64,000 bases of DNA from Lama glama (Eukaryota), in the NCBI GenBank assembly GCA_028534125.1, contig CM052817.1, positions 19,904,001 to 19,968,000 of the forward strand, in the 5' to 3' direction. Shown here piece by piece: positions 53,976 to 64,000 of the stretch. Both the position numbers and the translations under genes were made by a program. The first letter of the stretch is position 1. Every line of letters begins with the position of its first letter. Below the pieces are notes generated by a model that was not told the DNA's origin, did not search any database, and saw only the letters and a program-made list of their open reading frames with translations.

Positions 53976-54282
53976 TTTTTCAGATTTCTTCCATTACAGG
54001 TTATACAAGATATTACATATAGTTCCCTAGGCTATACAGTAGGACTTTGTTGTTTATCTATTTTATATATAGTAGCGTGTATCTGTTAATCCCAAATTCC
54101 AAATATATCCTTCTCCCCTCTTTCCATTTTGGTAACCGTAAGTTTGTTTTCCATGTTTGTGAGTCTATTTCTGTTTTGTTCTGTTTTGACTTCATTTTTA
54201 CATACAAGTTGTGTCATGTCATATTTATCTTTCTCTATGTGACTTACTTCACTTAGTATGACAACCTCTAGGTCCATCCATG
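53870..54282 (-). mobile_element. Cetartiodactyl-type L1 3' end with (TA)n expansion at ~53940-53972
   Basis: ctgaagtacagttgatttaca, atagttccctaggctatacagtaggac, ttggtaaccgtaagtttgtttt, ctctaggtccatccatg. Confidence 0.93.
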
Positions 54283-55789
54283 TTTTTTTATTAAATAAAC
54301 AAGATGAAAATGGATGAAGTAAAAGTTATGAAGTTTCTGCATGACTGAAAAATTCATGGCTTCATTTGAAAACTAAAACATATATTTACAAAAGTGAAAA
54401 ACAAACCAAAAGAAGAAACCCTTTTATATGAGGTTCAATAAGGTCATATTGAGAGGGCATGAATAAAGGAGTGGAAGTAATTTGGATCACCTTTAACAAA
54501 TTACTACATGCTGCATTTATTTGCTATTAAACAAAATTTACTTCAAACTCTCTTTTTTCTTAAAGTAATCATCATCTTCAAATATTAAAAATAATGATTT
54601 ACTAGTCTTATTTTATAAACATAGATTATTAATGTAATTTAAAAATAATTCTAATATGATGGTGCCTCCCTAATGCAGTAATCGTTTTTTAACTTTGTAG
54701 AAAACATTACAGATGTATTAACCAGTCTGAATGACTAGCTAACTGTAGAATTATGTGTTACATGTAAAGTGTTCTTCTAAAATTCATTTAAATTATATAT
54801 AATTTTTCTCATTAAATGACAATTATTTAGTATATTTCCATCCTCACTTTATAAATAGAATCTTAAGCATCTATTGGTTTTCCTTCATGTTCTTCAAAAT
54901 TTCATTATATCAAATAAAAACAGTCAATTAACATTATTGCTTTTATTTCATTAGCCTCACGGATATTTGGCAATGTTAAAGAATTAACTTTTAAATTAAG
55001 CATTTATCTCTTAAACAATTTAGAGTGTTTTCGCAGAGGTTGTATTTTAATCTCTGTATTTTCCTTAAAAATTCTTGCCAAAATTATAAAACTAATCTTC
55101 ACTTCCTAAAGAAATTGAACATGTTGATGCTGGGGAAGACTTTTGGTTTTGTTTACCATCTGGTTGCCTTGGAAACCATACTCTTGGAAATAACTGCAAA
55201 ACTGAGTTAGAACATGTACCATGGAAACCAGGATAGAAAAACTCACCTGTATGACAATAAATTACTGAAAATGCAGGAGCAGAGGATGGGAGGATGCCAA
55301 GAATATATATGTGCTGATTTTTAATTTCTCTTTTTTTCAGTGTAAAATTTTGAGATAATTAATATAAGATTTATAACTGAAGGAAAGCCTGTAGCTTCTG
55401 TAATATTCTACACAGTTCTTGCAGCCGAATAGTAATAATATATGTATCACAATGATTAAAATCTTCCAGCACCAACAGAGTGCTTGGTTTTCAGCAAGCT
55501 GTAATCAAGATTTCATGTTATTTTTGCATTATCTCAAAATATAATCTTTTTAAAAAATATTAAAAATGCACAGACAGAATGTGAATTTCATAAAGAAATG
55601 TAGTTGCCTGCTTTACTTTTTTGAATTTATGATGTGAATCTATAATATAATACTCTATTTAACTACACTCATTAATCACAGATTTTAGTAAAACTAAAGG
55701 AGCCCCATGTGGTCAACAAAACTCTAAAGATGTTTTCTTCCCTAAATTATTCAATAAAACACCATTATAGTTAGGGGTGGGAAGGGAAT

Positions 55790-56305
55790 TGCAGAGAGAA
55801 TTAAGTTTGCTAAATAGCTGACCTTAAAATGGGGATATTATCCGGGATTATCCAGATGGGCCCAATGTAATCACATGAGCCACTAAAGTGGAGAAGAAAA
55901 GCAGAGGAGGGTCTGAGAACTGAGACAGAAATAGAATTCAGAGAGACTCAAAGCCTGAGAAGTAATTGACTCCTTCCTTGAAGTTGAAAGAAAAGGGCAA
56001 GAAACCATGGAATGCAAGAAATCTCTTGAAGCTAAGAATGACTTCCCATCTATAGCCCACAAGGAACCAGGAAGTGCAGTCTTCCCATAACAGTATAGCC
56101 TTGAACTCTGCCAGCAACCTGGATGAACAAGGAAGCATTCTCCCTTAGAGCTTCCAGAAAACAACATGTTGATTTAGGCCTGAGATACTCAGAGCAATAA
56201 CCTAACAGAGCTTACTGAATTTCTAATGTTAAACTCTGTTATAATAAATATGCATTATTTTAAGTTTTCTGTAATTTGTAATGGCCTTAATTGAAAACCC
56301 AGCTA
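55790..56305 (+). mobile_element. MaLR LTR (MLT1E-like)
   Basis: gctgaccttaaaatgggg, ggattatccagatgggcccaatgtaatcacatgagcc, tgaactctgccagcaacctggatga, ttagagcttccagaaa. Confidence 0.85.
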
Positions 56306-57874
56306 ACTACTTTTAGGAATTTTAGGCAACACATTTAATCCATTGTTATGCTTTTCATTGATAATTCATTCAGCTTTCATGCATTATTATGTTTAATAGT
56401 TCAGATAGAAAAATAGATACATAAAGAGAGGGAGGAAGAAAGGGAGAGAATCTTTTTGTCACATGTCACATTTGTAATTAAATATTTATTCTTGTAGTAA
56501 TTTATGTTATATTTGTGGCCTTTGATAGACAGAATTCTCCAAAATAAAAGAGATCCTGTCTTTATTATTCATTACTGCATACCAGACACCACACCAAGGC
56601 CTGGAAACTGAATAAATGTGTACTGATTGAGTTAATGAGCTAATGAATAAATGGTGGAACATACCTTATAAAATGATTCAGAGAATGCTTTCTACTTTCA
56701 ATAAATTTACAATTGTGTTAAATTAGAGACTATGAACCCAAATAAATATGAGGGAAAAAAAGATGAACTTTAAGTTCCAGGGGGATAAAAAAAAAAAGTA
56801 AGGCTGTAAGATTCTGGAGAAGGTGGTGACTATATCTGGCAAATAAGATTAGGAAAGGTTTTTAAAGTGATGTTAAACATATCCCTAATCAAACAGTATG
56901 GACAGGATATTGATAACCAGAATTGATATCTACAGTCCAAAGCAGTAGAAAGTTCACGAATGAATTTTTGAATGTGTTTTTAGAGTATTGCTTATAATTG
57001 TCATTGGGAATCTGAACAGGTTTATGTTTTAAGGGTCTTTGATCAGATGGCATGGACTTTTAAAGAAGAGCCCATTCAAAAAAAAAAATCTTAGAATCCA
57101 GAGGTAGGTGACAACATAAATGTCTAACGTAATCTAAAAGAAACAATATTTCATATTAGTCAAAGAACAGAAGTGTGTTCTAAAGTAACTCAAGTGTAAG
57201 TAGGAGAAGCCTACACATGCTATATTCCAAAGGAGCATGGGGACAAGTTTAGGCAGAAAGTTGATGGTTCTTGAAACTGAAGTTTCCATTTGCCAATTGG
57301 CTATGGAGTCTTTCAGGATCATAATGATACTTTTTTTTAACTCACTGCTTAATACATTTTTAAAATATTTTTAACATAGTATATTTACTCTTGCATATTT
57401 TAATTCCTTATATAAGGCACCCTGGAGTCAATAATGACATATATGTGTCCAATCAATCATTATTTGCCTATTCTGTTTTCTTGCTAATGCAGATACTTAT
57501 TGCCGTTCGCCCTTTTCATATTGAACTTAGCTATCTCTTTAATCCAGACTTAGTTTCAGGAGAGAATTGGTTTCCAAAAGACAATGTCCAGTAATTTCAG
57601 AGTGTTCTATAATTTTCTATATAACTAACTATGTAAATATTTGAAGTCTAGTTTTATAGTTGCAGCAGTTGCTTCAATATATGGTCACATATTTAGAATT
57701 TTGCACAGTGATGATTTGTTAGCTTATCTATTCGTCTAATTATATATCATGTTTCTCTAAATAGATTGCACAACTTCCTGAAACCACAGAACATGTTTTA
57801 TTTTTCTGTGTGTGTAGGGAAGTAGATGCAGGTTGACTGTTTCCTTTCAGGTCCTCATAGATGTTTCTTGTTGC

Positions 57875-58385
57875 TGTCAAGGGCCTAGAGGTGTGTCCAT
57901 CTCCCATTCACCCCATTGGTAAGAGGAGGATTCATGTCTTGTGGTTACAGGGATGGCCGAAGATATGACATCAGAGACTGGACAGATGAGATTGAGAGCA
58001 GCTAATAAGTCACATACACTTTCAGCCCAGGGTAGGAGAACAATGCACGCCACAAAGGGCCCCATGGGGTTGCACTTAGGAACATAGTATCAAGACTTCA
58101 CAGTATCAAGAGAGTGGGGGAAGTTTGGCTCCCATGGGAGGATATGTTTATCTTGTTTGAATAATTCCATGGGCAGGCAGGGAGCTGAAGCCCACTTCTT
58201 GGAGATAAGCATGAACAGCGCCCCAGTGCCATGGTAAGGAAGGTTGTTTGGCTAGGGGACCTCATCTGGAGGAGCAGAGCAGGGAGAGGAACTCAGAGTT
58301 GGTTTGGCTCTTCCAGGTCTTTTTGATTTTTCTTACAGTCCAAGGCTCAAATAATAATGGGTCTTACTTTTAGAACTTATATCAC
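57875..58385 (-). mobile_element. ERVL-class LTR (MER76-like)
   Basis: actggacagatgagattga, cagcccagggtaggaga, cttgtttgaataattcc, ggttgtttggctaggggacct. Confidence 0.7.
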
Positions 58386-58859
58386 TGGATGTCAACAAAT
58401 GACCTTATGGACTTTGGAAATTACTCATGATTATGTGCTGTTGATTTCTATCCTGCATGCGATGCCAAGGCTAATTCTTCATTGGTGCCCCCAGACAACT
58501 GAGAGCACAAGCTGAAGAGTCAGCTGTTTCCCTCACATACTATTTTTGAGAAGGACATAGATTCTTTCTCTGATGTAAACCCCTGGAGATTGTTCATTCT
58601 GTAAGATATCAAAATTTGACCTTTGAGAAGAGCACCTCAGCACCAAATGTTGTTAGTCTGCTCACTTAGCCCGATATTTAAACGACTCTACCATTTGGGT
58701 AAAATTCAATATTTTAGTCTTGTTTCCCACTTTCATTAAACCTTTATAATTTATTTAAATTTCTTTCTTTGCTCTCTCCCGAGTATATTGTGATCTTTCC
58801 TGCTGTTAGGTCTAATGATTGGGTTTCTATCCTTATTAAAATTCTCACTACATGAGTGA

Positions 58860-59005
58860 TCTCTCTAGTCCTTATTTTTCTTAACTATGAAATAGAGAAA
58901 TAATATTATACATTTTGGTTATTTTTATTGTGAGAATTAAATGAAAGAGTGGTTTTAAATTACTCATCCCAGGGTTATAAATATTAGAAATACTTGATAA
59001 ATGTT
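58860..59005 (+). mobile_element. MIR 3' part
   Basis: tttcttaactatgaaatagagaaataata, ttgtgagaattaaatgaa, tgataaatgtta. Confidence 0.6.
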
Positions 59006-59569
59006 ATAGGATATCATTTCTATCAATATGGTCCTGATTTATAGACAAAACTTAAGAGATGATTAATTATGGCATCATTGCTTACTTAGAATAGCATTTC
59101 ATCACTAAAGCATAACTTTTTCATATATTCACGTAATGGAAAATTTAGTAGCCATTAGAAATTGCATGAAATCTAAATGTATAACATGTCTCTTGATAAC
59201 ATTAACACTAATAAAATTGGTTATTTAAGTCATAAAAGAAAAATTCGAATAAAATGTTTACTGAACAAATTGTGATGAAAAACCCAGTTCTGAGGATCAT
59301 CTACATACAAAAATAAACCCAAAAGGATATACAATAACATATTTTCTTTATATGACTGGATCATGCTGGTTTTGCTTCTTTATTTTGCATTTTATGATTT
59401 TACAAAGTACACGGTCACATTATTCTAATACATTCTTGAAGACTTACCAGATCATCTCACTTTCTGAACCTGGCACTTTCCTTTGAATTGTTAAAGCTTT
59501 TCGTTGTCTGTTTCAGCCACATGTCAAATATCCAGAAGCTCTTCAGTTTTGTCTATTTGTTGTAGAGAT

Positions 59570-60078
59570 GTCCGATCACCCATGATAAAATAACATAGTA
59601 CCCTAAACCTCTGTGTCTTAAAAGATAATTATTACATTATATGATTATGTGGCTTCAGAATCCAGATGATATTTTGCTAAGTGATTCTCGGTGTCAGCCG
59701 AAGTCACGTGATAGACTTCAGAGACAGCTGGGCTGAGCTGGAGGGCCCGAGAAGCTTGCTCATATGTATGCTTGGCATGATGTCGGAGATGGCTGGAAGA
59801 CTGGGTTCAGCTGTCCTCCAGGTAGAATCAGGGGCTCTCCATGTCTTTTCTTAGCAGGATTTTCATATTTCTTACATGGGGAATTGGGGATCCCTGAGAC
59901 CAAACTGGAAGCTCCCAGTCCTCTTAAAATTCTAACCTGGAACTGCCATAACATTATTTCTACTATTCTCTGTTGATTGCATACTCAGAGATCAGGCTAA
60001 ATGCAAGAAGAGGGGAAATATACCTCAATTCTCAGTGGAAAGAGAATAGAGTCTTTTAGCCATCTCTAATTCTCCACA
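59570..60078 (-). mobile_element. MaLR LTR (MLT1F/G/H-like)
   Basis: gctgggctgagctggagggc, ggctggaagactgggttcagctg, tttcttacatgg, aggggaaata.acctca, ends ccaca. Confidence 0.7.
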
Positions 60079-60857
60079 GAAAGGCAAGCTAAAATTTACT
60101 GTAATTCTCATACATTTTTGGTATTTTTAGTGCTTTATGTTATATGTGTGTTTTACATGCATTAGTTCATTATTTCTTTAGATACTTAAATATTTATAAT
60201 AATAACAAAAAGTTACTACTATATTCATCACTTGTTTGGGATGTTTGCAGTGTTCTGATAAATAGCACCGTCTTCCCTTTCCAAGTTCTACACTGATTGA
60301 GAGGCACAAAGGATCAGTAGATGAAGACTGGACAACAACAGCTTTGCAACAAAAAATATGATTTTGAAGAATAAGACTCATATCTTTACATCATTAGGTT
60401 TTATAAAATTGAGCCCTAGAATTAGTCAAACTTACCCATGCAAGGAGCTACAGCCATTTCCTACAAGGCAGAAAGGAGAGCAATGGAACATAAATTCTCT
60501 GTTTCTGTCCTACTTTCAAGAGAACTGAGATAGGTTTCACATGCCAATTTTCTTATTTATTTTCCCCAGGAAAGGATTGTGTATCTCGATGAAAAGATGC
60601 TAGAGAAAGAAAAAGATGAATATAAGGCAACCCAAGCCCTATACATGAGAAAATTTGCTAATGAGAATACCAAGAATTGAAGAGGTTAACAGATGTTTGA
60701 TATACTGCAAAGGCAGTGAGCTGAGAATTGAGACCTTCAGTCCAGATGCCCTGGGTCCAGTTCTATAAGGCATTTGCAGTAGGAGACACAGAAGCCCTAG
60801 AAGAGATCCTGGTATAAAAGTTACTTGTATATCACAAGGCACCTACCGGGAGCTCTT

Positions 60858-61223
60858 TGCTATTGATTAAATGTTTGTGCCCCCCCCATCCCTAAATTCG
60901 TAGGTTGAAGCTGGACTCCTAATTGATGGTATTTGGAGGTGGGGGCCTTTGGGAGGTGATTAGGTCACAAGGGTGGAGCCCTCATGAATGAGATTTGTGC
61001 CCATGTGAAAGAAACTCCAGGGAGCTCCTTCATCTTCATGAGAGAACACAGTGAGAAGGCAGCTGTCTGTGAACTAGGAATTGAGCTCTCACCAGAAACT
61101 AAACCTGCTGGTGCCTTGATTTTGGACTTCCGAACCTCCACAACTGTTAGAAATAAAATTTTTGTTGCTTACAAGTCACCAGTCTATTGAATTTTGTCAT
61201 ATCACCCCAAATGGACTAAGAGT
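60858..61223 (+). mobile_element. MaLR solo LTR (MLT1A0-like), full length
   Basis: gtatttggaggtgggggcctttgggaggtgattaggtca, gggtggagccctcatgaatg, ctgctggtgccttgattttggacttcc, atggactaaga; flanks ctctt/gtctt fit a 5-bp TSD. Confidence 0.93.
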
Positions 61224-62250
61224 GTCTTTTGTAATACCATCAGTTAATTTATGTTGATGGCATCTGTCAATCCACAAAGCAATTACAAAAATGTATAGAT
61301 TGTTAGTTGTTATATGTTGGAAAACTTAGGGCAGTGTTCTCCCAGTGTGTGTTTGTGGCAATGTTTGTTGAAAAGAATGCCAAGAAAGAAGATTTATTTG
61401 GATAATTCTTTTATTTCTAAATTTTCCTCATCATTTTTACAGACGTTTTCATGATCAAACTTCGGCCAATAGAAAACTTACAATGGCAACTCCCTGAAGT
61501 TTGAAATTAAACTCAGAATATACTTTTGGAATGTAAACTAGTTTCATCTTTAGTGCTTTAAATGCCATAGACTTCTACAACTTTATCCTGTTTATCCTGT
61601 TTACCTGAATGAGGGTTCCAGACAAAAATAGAAAAAATTAGAAATTATATTTATAATAGGGGTTGAAATTTCTGTCTTTTCAAAATTCCCCACAGTTTTA
61701 AAAAAGAAGTCAAGTGCCACTAATTCTATTTTTTTTTTCAGGTTTGTCTCTTGTATGTAAAGATTTTATATCTGTATCTTCTTCTATATCTATATTTGTA
61801 CACACACCCATAAGAAGGTAGAGTTAGACTAGAAGGAAAGAAAGGTCCTTCAAAGCCAATCATTTAAAATATTTAAGTTTGGATCAGAAGAGAGAGAAGC
61901 TATTGAACAAAACCTAAGTCAATGATTTGTAGGTAGCCAGCATTCTGATAGCTTTTGTGTTGAAATTATGTAGTCTATAAATAAAACACAAATATTACAT
62001 CAAAGTCTTTTGTAAAACATTTCCACGTTCTTTTAAAAATAAATGCCAAAGTAGGTGATATATAACCATTCATAACTATCATTAGGCATCGACAAGGAAA
62101 GAGTGGGGCTCCAACAGACACCAGAAATTAGTCAGAAATGAGATATTTATAATATTCATTACAGGTCTAAGTTTTACAGATCTGTGACATCTTTAACTGA
62201 CAATCTGAATTCTGTTTTCTAAACATAATGCACTTGATTTTCTTATCTGT

Positions 62251-62279
<29 letters not shown>
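62251..62279. repeat. (GT)n microsatellite
   Basis: Read directly. Confidence 0.95.
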
Positions 62280-62281
<2 letters not shown>

Positions 62282-63889
62282 TTTAAGGAGAAATCAAGCA
62301 ATATGCCATCTAGAAGGAATAGTTGGAAGGAAAAACGTTCAGATTATTTCTTCATGTGTCTTGGAATCTCGTGACTACTGATGGAGATTTCAGTGCTGTG
62401 AAGGCATTGTTTAAACACAGGAGTGATAATTGTCCAGTTTTTCTCTCATTGGTATGTTTTTTCAATTTAGAGAGTCAGGGATGGGAGCAGGACAACAACC
62501 AGAAATGACCAGAAGCCGGGAAAAGTTTAGAGGGGAGTACACGTATTGAGAATGAAAACTATAGAACTAGACATCTATCCTCAAGTTTAGCTCAAGGTAA
62601 AGGAGTCAAAATCTGGATATATGGTAGAATGAAACTGGGAATCACAGCAAGGGCTGAAGTAAATTAAAATAGTTTAAGTTCCTATTTTCAGGTTCCCCAG
62701 GCTCATGTTTATTGATCAGCAAATGGATGGTGCCCAGGTAGATAGTTCAGCACAAATGCAAGGTCATAGACATTCAGTGTTATCAAAGTCAAAACTGTAA
62801 CTCCTTGAAGAGAAACTCTGAAGTATGTATTCCATGAGTAGCAGGTTACATATTTGCTCTTTGCCAACCCAACGTTCATACATAGCTCTCCTAACCCAGG
62901 AGCACTCTTGTTTTTGTTCCTCAGCATCTGAGTAAATAGATTGGATCTACAGTTTGACACTTAGACCTGAAAGAACAAAAACTGCCTAGTGTCTTATGCA
63001 CTTTCTCATATTTTATTTTCTATCAAAAATATCTTCAGTAAATAATATTGTATTCAGATAAGGGCTTGAGGGAATGGTATCTTAGAGTCAGAAAAAATGG
63101 GGAGGTTTGTTAGAGAAAAAAGAAGGTGGACCTTGAAAGCAGACTTTTATTTTGCTGGCTATGGCATGAAATTGGGCAAGTTACTTAATGCTTAGGACCC
63201 AGAGATTATACATATTAGGATTAATAAAGCTTTATTGGCTTTTTAGTGCAATTCAAGCAAGAAGAGCATAGAGGGGAATCAGGAAATGTCAGTTCACTCC
63301 CTGACTTATTTTGCTTCCTGAAGCTCAAGTTAGCCTCCAGTAAGCCCAGCTCTCCAGGGTAGCATGCCTTAACTGGGGCTCTCCCCGCATGTCGCCTCTG
63401 CGTTTTTCAGACGTCAGTAGAAAGAAGTAGACATCACCACCTGATGTGTTTCTGAAGTAATAGAGATTTGTAATATAAGTGATTCAAGATAAATAACCAA
63501 AATGCAGTGTGAAAGGAGAGACCCTAAGTTACCCCTAAAATTACCTTTGCATGTGGATGTATAAATATGATTATCATGTTTCATTGGATGCTTTTAATTT
63601 TAAAATAATATGAAACGACACTGGTGTAATGAAAGCCTCATGTTGTAATTCACCATTACAAAACTGTTAAATATAAATCTTTTCCTTTGTCCATTCAATT
63701 AAATAAAGAGAAGGAGAGAAAGTAAGAGATAATGAGAGAAAAAAATATTTTTAGACAGTATTATAAATCTTCAGTATAAGAATAACTTTTTTATAATGGA
63801 CCATGGAGATTTGTTTATTTAGATGGTACTTAAATTAAAAAGTGTACAGTACTATAAATGATAGCAAAGTATATGTTTATCCTTGAGTT

Positions 63890-64000
63890 AATGATTATAG
63901 CTACCATTTATGGAATGTTTACTACATGGCAGGCAGAGTAGAAAGCACTTTATATTTTTACACAATCACCCCTGCAAACCTTCCTGGAAAAGGTATTTTA
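63890..64000 (-). mobile_element. MIR 3' end running off the window
   Basis: atagctaccatttatggaatgtttactacatggcaggca..aagcacttta. Confidence 0.75.

Noticed and set aside
54086..54277. ORF starting MDLEVVILSEVS
   Set aside because: End of L1 ORF2 reading into the 3' UTR of a truncated L1
61720..61760. Strong splice acceptor ttttttttttcag
   Set aside because: No matching donor or coding frame recognised downstream
1..64000. CRISPR array, operon or other prokaryotic/viral gene system
   Set aside because: No regularly spaced repeats, no long ORFs and no recognisable viral coding sequence; the DNA is mammalian and repeat-rich

Overview
AT-rich, CpG-depleted mammalian nuclear DNA (gene desert or deep intron). 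It is most likely from a camelid, judging by a tRNA-Ala-derived SINE with the camelid-type 3' tail at 39.5 kb and cetartiodactyl/camelid-type L1 3' ends. I see no convincing protein-coding exon, CpG island or prokaryote-type system. Nearly all listed ORFs are chance or repeat-derived, and two simply run through a 500-N scaffold gap. The window is a layered transposon fossil record (L1, L2, MIR, MaLR/ERVL LTRs, MER3), and several insertions have readable target-site duplications (TSDs). The best leads are: an apparent LF-SINE copy at ~38.62-38.85 kb (an ancient family with known exapted enhancers), two unidentified retrocopy-like segments (2.3-2.7 kb, 14.3-14.7 kb), a ~90-bp polyadenylated micro-insertion made of antisense L1 sequence, and several repeat-free, motif-rich candidate enhancers. 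Repeat families were assigned by eye from remembered consensus sequences, boundaries are approximate unless a TSD is given, and no search was run. I found nothing that I can claim is a new biological system.
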